Below, one piece after another: positions 36,054 to 50,312 of a stretch of DNA of 64,000 bases. The stretch spans positions 322,958,001-323,022,000 of the forward strand of contig OZ024743.1 in the NCBI GenBank assembly GCA_964016885.1, given 5' to 3'. The translations under genes were made by a program, and so were the position numbers. Origin of the DNA: Eledone cirrhosa. Taxonomy: Eukaryota. Numbering within the stretch: position 1 is the stretch's first letter; every line of letters starts with the position of its first letter. The notes under the pieces are model-generated. The model saw only the letters and a list, made by a program, of their open reading frames with translations. It ran no database searches and was not told the origin of the DNA.

Positions 36054-36790
36054 TTGTTTCTACTTTTGGCACAAGGCCAGCAATTACTCAGTGTATTACT
36101 GGTACTTTATTTTATCGACCCCGTAAGGATGAAAGGCAAAGTTAACCTTGGCGGGATTTGAACTCAGAATGGCAAGGGCCGTAATTCTATGCGTCAAAGC
36201 ATGGCGTCCGACCCTCTACCGATACTGCCAATCCACCGCCCCTATAATAATAGTAATAATAATGGTTTCTGATTTAGGCACAAGGTCAGCAATTTGTAGG
36301 GAGGGAAAGTCGATTATATCGACCCAAGTACTTTACTGGTACTTTATTTTATCAACCTCAGAAGGATGAAAGACAAAGTTGACTGTAGCAAGATTTCAAC
36401 TCAGAATGTAAAAAGCCTAATCACCATTTTGTCCAACACTCTATCGTTTGTCTCAATCCACCTTGCTTTCTAATTTAAGCAGAACACCAGCAGGTTTAGG
36501 GAAGGGGAAAATCAACCTCAGAAGGATGAAAGACAAAGTTGACTTCAGCAAGATTTGAACTCAGAATGTAAAGAACCTCATCACCATTTTGTCCAACACT
36601 CTACCATTTGTCTCAATCCTATTTCTAATTTAAGCACAACACCACCAGTTTTTTAGGGAAAGGGGAAATTAATTACATCAACTCCAATATATAACTGAGA
36701 CTTCGTTTTATCAACATTGAAAGGATGAAAGATAAAGTAGACCAAGGTAAGATTTGAACGCAGAATGTAATGGGTCATACGAAATAGTAG
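36054..36790 (-). mobile_element. Cluster of tandem tRNA-derived SINEs (one young, three older)
   Basis: Young copy 36054-36240 flanked by cctataataat; older copies share gaaggatgaaagacaaagttgac..gatttgaactcagaatgtaa. Confidence 0.85.
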
Positions 36791-37069
36791 TGGTGGTAGT
36801 ATCATTTACCTTAACCTCATGTCAACACATGCCTTGTGTATAGGTAGAAACTGTTTGGAAGCTCATCAGTTGGGCTGTATCTGCAATTCAAACGGCCAGC
36901 CTTGTCACATACTATGTCATATTGAATCTCCCTGAGAATAATGTTAAGGGTACACGAGTCTGCGGAATGCTCAGCCACTTACATGTTAATATCACCAATA
37001 GGCTGTCCTATTGATTGAACACCTGGAACACTCCTTGGCTAAACCAATAATTCAATTATTTCCCAGACT

Positions 37070-37295
37070 CCCCACACTATAAAGTGGTCGTGTAGGTAAC
37101 ATGACAAAAAGCAATCAGCCCACACTGTACAGTGGTCATGTAGGTAACATGACAAAAAGTACCTAGCCCACACTGTAAACTGGTCATGTAGATGTCACAA
37201 CAAAAAACACCCAACCTACACTGTAAATGTGGTTATTTTGGTGTCACGACAAAAAGTGCCTGGCCCACACTGTAAAGAGGTCATATTGGTGTCAC
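37070..37295 (+). repeat. Tandem ~47 bp subrepeats related to the RTE 3' UTR / SINE body
   Basis: cccacactgtaaa.tggtcatgtaggt..catgacaaaaagcacc occurs about five times. Confidence 0.8.
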
Positions 37296-37529
37296 TCTGG
37301 GTGGAGTGATGCTCCTATATATTTGTTTCTACACCTTTGATTTGGGATCTTAGTTTTTGTTCCCTTTTTCACTTTTTTTTGTCTCCTGTGATAGTTTTTC
37401 ACACCTCTTCAGCTTCTATTTGCAGTCTCATCTCTTCATTAATCTTAATTGGTTGACTGATGATTTCTGTCATTGGAGAAGTCTGTGTTGTGTAAATGAC
37501 ATTAATATTGGAAATGTGTATGGAATAAC

Positions 37530-37858
37530 TTAGTCTAAAAAAAACATAAAAATGTTGCTGTCCTTTAGACGAATTTTGATTCCATTAAATCCTTTCTTTC
37601 TTTTGTTTGTTTGTTTCTTTTTTCTTTTTTTTTGTTTGGAATCCTGGTTTCTGTTGATACATTTCCAACAGAAGAATTTCTTTGATAAATGATAAACAAT
37701 ATTCAAAAAAAAAACATTAAAAAATTTGCTGTCCTTTAGATGAATTTTGATTTCATTAAAAGTTTTTTCTTTCTTTTTATTTATTTTTTGTCTTGACAAG
37801 CCTGGTTTCTGATGATACATTTCCAACAGAAGAATGTCTTTGATAAATGATAAACAAC
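37530..37858. repeat. ~175 bp tandem duplication
   Basis: ttgctgtcctttaga.gaattttgatt...cctggtttctg.tgatacatttccaacagaagaat.tctttgataaatgataaacaa occurs twice. Confidence 0.85.
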
Positions 37859-38310
37859 ATTTCCCTTTACAATTATTATAATTTTAAAACAAACGACTTT
37901 TGTTAACTCATTCATTATATATATACAAGGTTGTTTTTATTCATTTTTGTCTGTTACTAATTCACATATACGTTGTGCTTAATATCATGAATGTATTGTT
38001 GGCTATTATAATATGCTATTATTTTAGTTAATAAATACATAATATTAACCAAATCTACTGCTTCCACTAATGTGTGAGTCCTATTATTTGTTTTAATATA
38101 ATCATTATAACACACAACTACTAAGTACAAAAGGTTGCTTTTATTCATATACATATCATTAATATGTATATGAATGAGTTATGTCTTATTTGTGTATAGT
38201 ACAAATATCATTATAATAACACAAAACTCACTGAATGTAGAAGAGTGCTTTCAATATGTGTATTTGACAACTGGATGTTCTCATTGAAATGTTTATTACA
38301 CACACATATG

Positions 38311-39249
38311 TATGTAGTTTGTCCCAAAAGTGATTTTCCTATGTATGACCTGGCAACAGCGGTGTGCAGAGCTATGGTGATGCCTGGAGTAAATCTTGAT
38401 TGTATGCCCCAAAGACACAAATATAAGGCCTAATATACTGAGAAGTATTATGAGAAAGGAAAAAATTTTGAATATATAAACACAGATGAAACATGAAATA
38501 AACACTTTATTTGATTTTAATATAAATCAATCAAATTTATTGAGTTCTTTTCCCTCAAATGATACCTCCTGTCACAAAACACCTGAACTACTTCATTTTT
38601 TACATCAGCTTTTTCATTAAATATCACCCAAAAAACCTATAAAAAACGTAGTTGCACCCATTCTAGAGCTATCCACTGACCTGAGGAGGTAAAACAACTG
38701 CCTCTGCAGTGAGGTGAGCCTCCAAAAATTGATTTATCACCACTGAAATTTTAAAATTACTATCTTATTTCCTTCTCTGATTGAATGCCCCCATCCACAG
38801 GATGCCCGGAGCCAATGCACCATCGCCCCTCCTTCTGCATGTTACTACCTGGTAATACAGCAGTATGTTGATGTATATAAGCATGTTGGCTATGTCCTTG
38901 GCTGCATGCACATATTTGTTTCAACATGATCGATTGAGTCAACCATGAGTTATTATTGCTGTTTATGTACAGACCTGTTTATAACTTATGTTTGTGATGC
39001 AGGAAAATATCGAACTTTGGTATGCAATCAAATTTTGTGTGAAACTCAACAAATCTGCCACCAAAAGTTTATGGAGATGCCATTCTATCAATAAGTAAGG
39101 TTTTTAAATGACACAAATCTTTCATAGAGGGCTGAGAAAATGTTTGAAGACGTACTTTGTTGTGAAAAGACAATCTTGTAATTTAATGTATTTCTAATGT
39201 ACATTTAAATAAAACATCAGTACCCTTACTTTTGGGACAAACCTTGTAC
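38311..39249 (+). mobile_element. Internally deleted mariner-like element
   Basis: 39005-39150 translates NIELWYAIKFCVKLNKSATK..YGDAILSISKVFK*HKSFIEG*EN (mariner N-terminal HTH). Inverted ends tttgtcccaaaagt / acttttgggacaaa with TA flanks. Confidence 0.65.
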
Positions 39250-40052
39250 ACAACTATATATACTACTTATGTTTTCAGTAATTTAGTATATTTCTTTATT
39301 AGTAACAGGGACCTGGAAAATACCATGGCTGATACCTTCTCTAATCTGTGCTGACTATACTAAATATAATAGTGTAGTGGATAAAACTGAAATGTTGGCA
39401 GGTGGGGCCTTTTTTTTCTATCACTTTCAATAAAAGTTCATATCACTTTCAATAAAAGTTGACAATGAAGAGTGAAACCTTACCCTCCATTCAAATTTAT
39501 GATAGATGTTACAAACCAGAACTTTGGATTTGCAGTATTGATCTTTAAATTGTTTATCTTCAGACTATTTTGAATGGGTTGGAACTATTTCTGTAATTAT
39601 TCAATGGATTCTAAGATTCCACAATGAGAACCAAATTAAAACCATCTAAAAGTTCCCAAGGGGACAAAGAACAAAGCTTTAGTGAACATTTACCTGTCCA
39701 CTACATTATTCCTTCAACTTATTGTTAAGCCTAATCTTGCTAACATCATCCTTGTGCATAGAAAAAAAACAGCTCTCACAAACTATTTATCTACATTTAG
39801 TTTCCATAGTACTCACCAAACCTTAGAGCAAAGTATCCTATCAAGGGCCTCCCCATATCAATAAATGTAAAGTAGAGAGGTTTCTTCAGCAACAAGAAGT
39901 TCTCTACTTTTACTTCACTAAGCTAAGAGATCTGTGAATCAAATCCCCTGCATGGATTCAAGCTGTATTTTATCTTAGCTAACTTTTTTCTGGAATTTCA
40001 TGGGACCCTCGAATCCTGATGGAATCATAAGGGCATCATTTTAACACCTTAA

Positions 40053-40665
40053 CCCTTTAGCATTTCAACCGGCTGTATCCGGCCATAATTCTCTCACCTC
40101 TCTCTCTGTTCAAACTGGCTGTAACTGGCTGCTCATACCGATGTTTAAGTATTGTTCTCAAAAGGAATAATATCAAAAAATATCATAGATTCGATATTGT
40201 GTGAGATAATTAGGTGAAATAAAATGTTTACCATGAAAATACGATAGTATCATCATCATCATCTTCGTTTAACGTCCATCTTCCACACTAGCATGGGTTA
40301 GACGGGAGTTGTCCCACTTGAGGCAAGGTTGGTCAGGTGACCGTGTCTCGCTCATATAGGACTATCTGGCAGGTTTTCTACGGCTGGATGCCCTTCCTAA
40401 CACCAACCACATTTATAGTGTGGAACTGGGAACTTTTTACCGTGTTACCTACATGGCCACATTACAGCGTGGACTGTGTGTTTTTTTGTCGTGACACCTA
40501 CACGATCACAATCTCATTATCTCATATATTTGGACTGGATGTTGTGGTACCAACTTTACAGAGAGAGGGTGGTGTTGGTGGGAGTGGGAGGATAGGGTAG
40601 GGGTAGTGGATTGGGGTGTATATTTGGTTAAGAGGTATATATAGAGTAATGTAAATGGTATAGGG
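40053..40665. mobile_element. piggyBac-like MITE interrupted by an RTE 3' UTR copy (40249-40636, minus strand)
   Basis: ttaa|ccctttagcattt ... aaatggtataggg|ttaa; body homologous to 10370-10935. Confidence 0.8.
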
Positions 40666-40994
40666 TTAATAAAGTCTTGGGCATTTAAGCCAAACAGAAA
40701 ATTTCCTCCAGAAAAAAAAAGAGAGAAAGCATGAGAGAGAAGGGGGAGAAAGAAAAGGAGAGTAAGAGGGTGGGGGGAGGAAGAATCAACCTTCAGTGCT
40801 GGAGTGGTATTCATTTTCTGTAACTAACTTTACTGAACCTCCTTCATCTATTTTCAAGGCTTGCTATCTACAAAATTGTGTTATCTAACATACTATTTTA
40901 TCCACCATATTGTATTGTGTTTAATGCTGTATTATCTACCAAGTTACATTACCAATTACAATTTGTTGTCAGCCAACTTGGAATTGTCTATAAT

Positions 40995-41480
40995 GGATGC
41001 TGGTATGGCTGTGTGGTTAATAATTTTGCTTAGCAATCATGAGGCTCTAGATTCAATCCTACTGGATGAAATCTCAGGCAATTGTATTTCATAATAGCCT
41101 AGGGTCTACCTAAGCCTGTGATAGAAATTAGGTAGATAGGAACTATATGGAAGCCCATCAGATGGATTTTATCTACAATTCAAGAGTCTAGCTTTGTCAA
41201 GTTGTGACATACTAATCCATCATCATCATTATCATCATCATCATCGTTTTTATGTCCACTTTCCCATGGGTTAGACAGGACTTTTGAGGCAATGTTTTAC
41301 AGCCAGATTCCCTTCCTGACATCAACCCTTTTAGTAACTTCTTATCACTCGCAGGAATGCAGTGTACCTATTCTAAATGGGACATATACATCTGAGAATT
41401 ATGTTATGGGTATATGTATCTTAGGAATACTCAGCATCTTACATGTTAATTTAATGAGTATGACATCAGTTGATCTAACA
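40995..41480 (+). mobile_element. Old SINE, interrupted; related to 36840-37030
   Basis: tRNA-like head tggctgtgtggttaa..gattcaatccta; shared tail ctgagaattatgtta.gggta..tactcagc..cttacatgttaat. Confidence 0.55.
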
Positions 41481-42824
41481 ATTATCATATGTACTCAAAT
41501 ATAAGCTAAGGAATATGTGACTAAAAAATCGTTTGTAAAATGGGAGGTTGGCTTATATACATCATATCTAAGCAATGTGTTGATTAGCTGCTTTGGTTTA
41601 TAAACAGGGTTTGGATTTTCTCAGTCATAAAATGGGGAGGTTGGCTTATATTCGATTATATATGGTAAAAACTCATTGTTGAAACACATGGAAGAACTGT
41701 CATTAACTACCATGTTGTATTATTTATCAGACTATCTTATCTGCTTTAACTGTGATGTATGTTATACTGTATGAGGTTTCATATTCTAATGCTCAGCATA
41801 TGTTTACATCAACCATTTTGTGTAATTTGCTACACAGTAATGTCCACCATATTGGTAGCAAATTGGCAGAGCCGTTAGAATGTCAGATAGAATGCTTTGT
41901 GCTATTCATTCTGGCTCTCAGCTCCCTCAGTTCTGATTCTGTCGAGGTCAGCTTTGCCTTTCATCCTATCAAGGAAGCTAAAAATGTACCAGTCTAGTAC
42001 TGGGGTTGATTCTTCCTCTATATATCTTTCTCATTTTCTCTCCTTCTCCAGATGAAATCTGCTACTTTCAGACTTGAAGAGGAGATGGGCTCCACCAGGT
42101 TTAAAAATACCCAAGAAACACTGTATGTCGATATGGCACCCCTACAACTCCATCAGAAGTTATAGGTCCATACATACATTGAATGTAATATATTCTATTG
42201 TCAGATATATTACGATATATCTGTGTTTTATTGTTCACATTATAATATCCATTATATCAGAACCCATTCTTCCAAACTCCTCTGTAAAATCAGAATCTCA
42301 GCAGCCCGTCTGAGAAAGGAGTCTCCATGAGATGGCCAGGGCTGTTGCTGGCCATTGTCTGCAGGAATGCCTTTGCAGTTTTGTCTGCGGGGCGCAGCTG
42401 AAACACAGCCCCATTCTAGGCATAGAGCCTATCACCTTCTCCCCTCCCCCTCCCTTTCTTCCATGGCCTATTCCTTGTTTGTTCCCTCCTTTTCCTCTCA
42501 TTCATGACATTTATAGTCCTTTCCTCTACAGCCAGTTCTGCCCTTCTTTACCCCTTCCCTCTCTTTTATTTACTTAATTTTATTTTTATCTTTTTGTTTC
42601 CATCATTACATTGCTTATCATCTAATTACTAACAGATAGATATGTTATGTTGTCTTCCCTGCAGTGGTGTTCGCCATCTTGTATTGCCTATTATTGTGTA
42701 TTTTCTGCTAGATTTATCATATCTATTCTTCTTTGAGGGATGGGAATAAAAACACTTACTGCTTTATTTAATATAAATTAGGATGTTTTCATGTTGCCAA
42801 CACTTTATCCATATAATTATCTTT

Positions 42825-43737
42825 TCTATATGCAAATTATGGCATGTGTATGCATGTGTGAATGTACATGTGTATGTGTCTGTATGTTTATGTGTGTGTA
42901 TGTGTATGTGTGTATGTATGTGTATGGGTTTGTACATCTGTTTGTATATGTGTGCATGTGTGTTTGAGTATATGTGCATGTGTGCGTTAGTGTGTGTATA
43001 TGTGTACATGTGTTATGTATGTATATGGGCATGTATGTGTTTGTATATATGAGTGTATGTATATATGTGTATGTGAGGCTACATGTATGTACATGTGTGA
43101 GTATATGAGCATGCGTGTGTGCATGTGTATGTGTCTGTGGATATGTATGTGTGTATGCATGTGTGTGCATGTATGTCTACATGTTTGTGTGGGACTATAC
43201 GCGTGTGTGTACATGTGTTTGTATATGTGAGAGTATGTATATATATATATATGTGTGTACACGTGTGTGTGTCTGTCTGTTTATGTGTGTGTGTGTGCAT
43301 GTTTGTGTATGTGTCATGTAGATGTGTGTGTATGTTTTCCTGTATGTTCCCCTAATGTTCAGTGAGTGAAACCTTATCTCTTGGAAGCAGTTTTCTTATT
43401 CAAATATATTCCTCCATTTATTTGACTTTTCTATTAAATAGGAATTTGTACGTAAGCATATGTATGAGTGCTTGTGTATGTATAATTGTGTGCATGTACA
43501 CACTCATGTATATGCATATGTGTGTGTGTATTTATATGTATATATACAGTATATGTCTGTGTGTATATTTATATGTATATATATATGTCTGTGTGTGTAT
43601 TTATATGTATATATATATATGTCTGTGAGTGTATTTATATGTAATATATTCATATATATGTGTCTGTGTGTGTATCTATATGTAATATATGTATATTTGT
43701 GTGTGTGTATATATATATATTTATATGTTATATATAT
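42825..43737. repeat. (TG)/(TA) compound microsatellites
   Basis: Direct inspection; ORFs here are artefacts. Confidence 0.95.
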
Positions 43738-44045
43738 GGAGGCACATGGCTTAGTGGTTAGAGCATTGGCCTTGCAATCGAAAGGTTGTGAGTTCAATTC
43801 TCAGACCGGGTGATGTATTGTTTCCTTGAGCAAGACACTTTATTTCACATTGCTCCAGTTTACTCAGCTGTAGAAATGAGATGATAGGGACTGGGGTCCA
43901 TATCATTCCACTGCAAAGTGGTCGTGGAGGTGCCATGGCAAAAAAGCACCCAGCACTCACTGTAAATGAGGTTGGTGTTAGGAAGGGCATCCATGTGTAG
44001 AAATCAAGCCAGAATCAGGGAAAAAGCGGACATAAAATGAAATGA
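43738..44045 (+). mobile_element. tRNA-derived SINE with RTE-derived tail
   Basis: Near-identical to 10397-10737, with a short 3' deletion. Confidence 0.92.
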
Positions 44046-44080
44046 TGATGATTATGATATATATATATATGAGTCTATGT

Positions 44081-45638
44081 ATCATCATCATCATCATCAT
44101 CAGGTTTAGCGTCCGTGTTCCACGCTTGCATGGGTTTGGACGGGGGTTTTCCCACTTGAGGCAAGAGTGGTTGTCTTGCTCGCATAGGACTGTCTGGCGG
44201 GTTTTATACAGTTGGATGCCCTTCCTAACACCAACCACATTTACAGTGTGGGGCTGGGAGGTTTTTACCGTGTTGCCTACACGGCCACATTACAGCGTGG
44301 ACTGTCTGGCGGGTTTTCTACAGCTGGATGCCCTTCCTAACACCAACCACATTTACAGTGTGGGGCTGGGAGGTTTTTACCGTGTTGCCTACACGGCCAC
44401 ATTTACAGCGTGGACTGTGTGTTTTTTTCTCATTTGTTTCGGCCTGGATGTTGTGGGACCAACATAACTGTACATTGAAAGGGGCGGTGTGGATGGGGTG
44501 GAGGTGGTGGGACGGGGGGGTGTTTTGATAGAGATGCCTACTGACTGTAGTAGGTTTTTACTTTGTATTTAGGTAAGGCGGGTCTTCTCTATTACTGAGT
44601 ACCGCCAAAGGTCTCGGTCCAGTGACATTGTCTTGGAGAGGTGTAAGCGTGTGAGGTCGGAATTTATCAGCTCGTCCCATGTTTTTCTGGGTCTGCCTAC
44701 TCCGTGGCTACCGTCTATCTTTATTGCCCTGCACTTTGTTATACAGCTGTCGTCTTTCATGCGCATCACGTGACCGTACCAACGTAACCTTCTCTCGAGT
44801 AAACAACATCTGATCCCTCTTATTTCTAATTTTTTCCTTAGTTCGTTTATGCTTTGCCGTTCACGTATATTACTATTGCACATCCAGCGGAGCATGCAAG
44901 CTTCGTTCCTCTCTAGTCTGCGTATATCCTCTGCACACAATGCCCAGGTCTCACTGCCATGCAGCATTGCTGTTCGTATGCAGGCATCGTATAACCTGCC
45001 TTTCATTTTTAGGGAGAACCCTCTAGCGGCTAATAGTGGTATAAGCTCTCTGAACTTTTTCCATCCAGTTCTGACTCTAGCTACTGTACTTTCAGAGCAC
45101 CCTCCCCCACTGCTGATTTTGTCACCTAGGTAATGGAAGCTGTCCACTATTTCTATAGAACCCTCTGCGCAGTTGAAGGAGCTAGTATTTTGTGGGCACT
45201 TGCTGCTGCTTATTGCACCAGAGCACCGGCCACATGTAAAATCTATGTTCTTAGTTAGCTTACCTGTGATCCCACTACATCTTTTATGCACCCATACTTT
45301 GCATTTGGGACATAAAATGGAGTTTCTACCTACGCCTTTCCTACACACTGAGCATGGCCATTTCCCAGATGGGACTGCCGCCATATTTTCTTTCCTACAA
45401 ACTAGAACTTTTGTCTTAGCCAGGTTAATTTTAAGGCCTTTTGATTCTAGGCCGTGCTTCCATGTTTGGAATTTCTTCTCTAGTTCGGTCATTGATTCAG
45501 CTATGAGCGTTAGATCATCTGCGTATAGGAGTTCCCATGGGCAGCCGGTCTTGAACTCCTCTGTTATAGCCTGAAGGGCAATAATAAATAGTAGGGGGCT
45601 AAGAACAGAGCCCTGATGGACACCAACTTTTACGCTAA
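44081..45638 (-). mobile_element. 5'-truncated RTE LINE (RT C-terminal half, PHD-like finger, 3' UTR)
   Basis: GVHQGSVLSPLLF and YADD lie upstream of the open 307 aa ORF 44569-45492; (GAT)n tail. Confidence 0.95.
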
Positions 45639-45639
45639 G

Positions 45640-45910
45640 AGTTTTATATGTAATATATGTATGTGTGTGTATATCTATATGTAATATATGTATATATGTG
45701 TGTCTATGTGTGCATATATTTATATGTAAGATGTGTATATATATATATGTGTGTATTTATATGTAATATATGCATATATATATAATGTATATATTTATAT
45801 GTATTTATATATGTATATATATGTATACATATTCACATATGTATACATATATATTTGCACGTAATTATGTATATGTATACATTTTTGAATATATAAATTA
45901 TGTGCGTGTG
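45640..45910. repeat. (TA/TG)n low-complexity tract
   Basis: Direct inspection. Confidence 0.9.
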
Positions 45911-46412
45911 TATGGTCATAAGATGATTATGATGACCACAAATGTCATTTGTATCTTCTGTATATTCATGAGACTAATACATTTAGAATGTCATTTGTCT
46001 AGACATTTTGTGTTCTTTTAATGTATTCTTACTATATTCTTGTTTGTTAGTTTTAGGTCGTATAGAAAGGCACTAGCCATACAATTTACAGCCAGGGCTA
46101 ATGGCTACAACATTTCTGTGGGATTTGAGCTGTGGATGTAAAGGGATATAACTAAATGCCACAAAGCATGTTCTCCTAAGCTCTACCCATACTGACCAAA
46201 AAATTGATGATAGCCTTCGACTGACACTGTCCATGTCCTGAGAAGGCCATTATCAATTTAAAAACCTTGCAAAGATATTAACCGAAGTCTGTGCCCTTGT
46301 AACATCATTTGTATGGCAATTGATTGTAAAATGTGTGTATCATATTTGCCTCAGGTGTCAGGTTGACGCCCAGCATCATTTGGGAAAGAAGCAGAATTCA
46401 AAGGAAGTTTCA

Positions 46413-46765
46413 AATAATAATAATAATAATAATTGTTTCTACTTTTGGCACAAGGCCAGCAATTACCCAGTGCATTACTGGTACTTTATTTTATCAACCC
46501 CGTAAGGATGAAAGGCAAAGTGAACCTCGGCGGGATTTGTAATAATGGTTTCTGATTTTAGGCACAAGGCCAACACTTTTCGGGGGGCAAGGGCCAAGTT
46601 GATTAAATCGACCTGAGTATGTTACTGGTGCTTTATTTTATCAACCCCGTAAGGATTAAAGGCAGACATAACCTCAGTGGGATTTGAACTCAGAATGTAA
46701 AAGGACATAACTAAATGCCACAAAGCATGTTGTCCAATGCTCTACCAATACTGCCAATCCACCAA
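46413..46765 (-). mobile_element. Two tandem SINEs (one truncated, one full)
   Basis: Same core as 20348-20734; (AAT)n tail. Confidence 0.88.
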
Positions 46766-47689
46766 TAATAATAGTAATAATAATTTTAGTTTTAAAATCC
46801 TTTAAAGGCTGTAATATTTTGCTTTACTATATCACTGTTCATGTAACATTGCCCTTTAAATACTTAATAACTATAGATATTGAGGAGGCAATTCATATGA
46901 TAATATTGATAAAGCAAAATATCAGAGCACAGTTGATATTTTCACTAGTCTGTAGAATCATTAATATACAGATCAATCAGAGATAATCACTTTAATTAGC
47001 AAACAAACTAACACCATGAAACAGGAGTGACTACAATATATATAACAATGATAATTATAGATTTTCAACACATGGTTTACATACATTGTGCTGATCACAT
47101 GATAGAAAAAAATATTGTTATTTTTAAACTTAGTGACCCCAAATTACTCAAACTGATCTCAAACTTAGGTCAGCAGAAAAAAAGCAAAATTTTTTTGACC
47201 AGTGTAATTTATAGCACTAGCTTACTATATCACTAGTACCCACTACCACCCCCACCCCCATCTTCTCACACTCACCTCCCACCATCTCATCTTCCAATGA
47301 TACCATTACTTAACATCCTCCTTGCTATTTTTACACCCACTTTTCCATGTTAAATGAAACGTTTTTTGAGACAGAATTTATTCATCTAAATGTTCTTCAT
47401 GAAGCCAACTGACACTTTGTTATTAAATATGGTATATACAGCTACAATGGGGGATGAGAGAGACGGAGAGAAAGAGAGACTCTATATGGTCGGTCTTTCA
47501 ACCTGCTAGAAATAGCAGTCAAATAACCCATCACCAGCTTCCAAAATAAAAAAGAATGGAAGGAACATTGAATAATGTAGATCATATGTCTAAATAAAGA
47601 TGGAGCTAAAAGAACAACATTAACAATTATTAAGACACAACTATACATTTCAAGAGAACCTGGAGTAACAGTTGATACAATCTCATTAT

Positions 47690-47895
47690 CTTGGACGTAA
47701 TTGGTAGAACGTCGGACAACATGCTTCATGGCATAGAGTTACGGCCCTTCATGTTCTGAGTTCAAAACCCGTCGAGGTTAGCTTTAGCTTTCTTCCTTAC
47801 ATGGTTGATAAAATAAAGTACCAGTAACACACTGTGATTGATTTAATTGACTTTAACCTTCCCACAAAATTGTTGGCCTTGTGCCTAAATCAGAC
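47690..47895 (+). mobile_element. tRNA-derived SINE
   Basis: ttggtagaacgtcggac..ctgagttcaaaacccgtcgaggtt..gataaaataaagtaccag..ggccttgtgcctaaatcaga. Confidence 0.85.
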
Positions 47896-48486
47896 TCCAT
47901 ACCTAGGTGTGGAATCTGTCACTCTCTCCCCTTCCCCCTCTCTTTCTTCCATTGCCTAATACTTGCTCTTTCCCTCTCTTTCTTTTCATTTAAGGCATTT
48001 ATAGTCCTTTCCTCTACTTTCCTATACAGCCAGATCTGCCCTTCTTTACCACTTCACCTTTTTTTTCCATTACTTAATTTTGTTTTTGTCTTTTTTTTTA
48101 TATTTCCTTCATTGTATAACTTTTATTTGTAAAATATAGTAAAATATAGTGGACATAAAATAAAAAAGAATATTCAAAACAATCAGAAACCATTATAAAA
48201 CTATATTCTCCACACCAGAAAATATTCTAAGTCTGACCAGCTGTTTGCTATGTACCACTTAACAGTACAGCAAAGGTGGTTGTAGGTTCTTTATTTCTCC
48301 AGTTTTCCCTGTTAAGAGATATCGCCTATTCAACCACTGCCAAACTGACGACTTTTAGAATCAACTGAAATTGTTTCTCACTAAAAACACACACACTTGT
48401 ATTTACATACTTTCTCATCTTCTCTTAAACTATTTTAACTCTCTCTTCTGTTTTTTCCTATTCAACACATTAAATCCATTATATAT

Positions 48487-48840
48487 CATCATCATTATCA
48501 TCAGTCCCTTGACTTCTGTAGTCATCGGGGGGGGGGGGGGTCTGAATGCAGTAGCAGCATACATTCCAAATAGTCTATCAGTGGCAGTCGACAGCAAATC
48601 TGGTGTAGTCATGTGCATCCATTCTTTTGCATTGTCATCCTGCATCCACCTTCAATGGTGCCTTGCACAGGCTGTCATGTTGTGTGACGTAACCAAACCA
48701 TGCCAGTTTCCTCCTCTTGACAGTGGCAAGGAGAGGTTCCTGGTGACCCACAAAACTTAGGACAATAAGCCTGATCAGCCATCCTAGTAAGATCCTTCTC
48801 CGCATCATCTTGAACTGTCTAAAATCCAAGGCAGGAAGAA
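48487..48840 (-). mobile_element. RTE/BovB-like 3' fragment
   Basis: EPLLATVKRRKLAWFGYVTQHDSLCK; (GAT)n tail. Confidence 0.8.
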
Positions 48841-48852
48841 TAATATATATAT

Positions 48853-49160
48853 TCGTCATCATCAACACCGTTTTACGTCCATTCTTCCACGCTAGCATGG
48901 GTTAGACGAGTTGTCCTGTTGTGGGTAATGCCAGGTCAGGTGACAATGTCTTGCTCATACAGAACTAATTTTGGCTTATTTCTACAGCTGGATGCCCTTC
49001 CTAACACCAACCTCATTGACAGAGAGTACTGGGTGCTTTTTACCGTAGTGACTACACGACCACTTTACAGTGTGGACTGCATGCTTTTTTGTCATGACAT
49101 CTACATGACCACTTTACAGTGAGAGGTGTGGGGGTACTGTCTATATGCTTCAGCTTCAAC
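48853..49160 (-). mobile_element. RTE 3' UTR copy
   Basis: Homologous to 33317-33615. Confidence 0.85.
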
Positions 49161-49179
49161 TTGTATATCTATCACATTG

Positions 49180-49478
49180 AGAATAAGGACCACATAATGC
49201 CTGGGGTTCAAGGGACCCCAGCTTTTTAATAAGCTGCCAAAAAATTTACATGATGTGCATGTAGAAGTTTTCAAGAGACGTCTTGACATTTTACTGACCA
49301 AGATCCCAGATGAACCCACAGCACGACACGAAGCACAAATAAGAGCAACAGCAACAAACTCTCTTTTGCATCAATAGCCAACCAGGAAAGGCTGGCTATA
49401 GAAAGTGTAACATCAGTGGTGGTGCCCCAGCATGGCCTCAACCCCTCGGCTGGAACGCAAATAGACCTGATATCGACA
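49180..49478 (+). mobile_element. CR1/L2-like LINE 3' fragment
   Basis: GPQLFNKLPKNL..VEVFKRRLDILLTKIPDEP. Confidence 0.7.
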
Positions 49479-49860
49479 CCACCTTAAACAATTGGAGCGT
49501 TTCCATCAGATGTGTCTCAGATGGATCCATGGCATTCACTGTAGGGACCACATCAGTGATGTCGAGATTTTGGAAACCTCTCTGTGTGAAAGTATAGAAG
49601 CTCTTGTGCTTAAGCAAAGACTCCGATGGAATGGTCACCTTGCCAGGATGAAGGATTCCAGAGTACCAAAATAACTCTTTTATGGAGAGTTAGTTAAAAG
49701 AAAACTACCTCCACATTACCCCAAAAAGAGGTATAAGGATTCGTTGAAAGCCTCTTTGAAAGACGCTAACATCTCTGCTGATACATGGGAAAGCATAGTT
49801 GCTGATCGTAATAAATAGAGAAAGACTATACATGAGGGGAAAGTTGCCTTTGAGGCAGAA
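49479..49860 (+). mobile_element. RTE/BovB-like fragment
   Basis: LERFHQMCLRWIHGI...QRLRWNGHLARMKDSRVPK*LFYGEL..PKKRYKDSLK. Confidence 0.85.
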
Positions 49861-50312
49861 GGTTCTTTTCACTCGGAGAATATAAAATTCCCGAGTTCGA
49901 ATTACGAACTGGCGCTATTCAAAATTGTTCCCGAGATGAGAATGAATGATGTGGAAGCAATTCTGTCCAGTGCCGTGTGCAAAGATAGAAGGCAGAGGCA
50001 GGGAGGTCAATCTACTACCACTATAAATAGCAGCAGTCAAAACAACCAAATTTTATCTCGATCAGGGGGAGATTAATAATAATAAAGTATATATCCATAC
50101 ACGCAAAAAACATATAGGGACACATGTATTATCCAACCATATGCCAATGTGGTTCTATGGCAGGTTAATAAATTAACGAGCCAGAACATATATAATCAAG
50201 GTTATATATATGCATATATACATACATATATACACATACATACACATACATACATATATACAAATGAATATATGATAGGGATAAACACTGATACAAGTAT
50301 ACATGTGTTTGC

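Noticed and set aside
42764-43813. Cys/Val/Tyr/His-rich ORFs on both strands
   Set aside because: Dinucleotide microsatellite translations.
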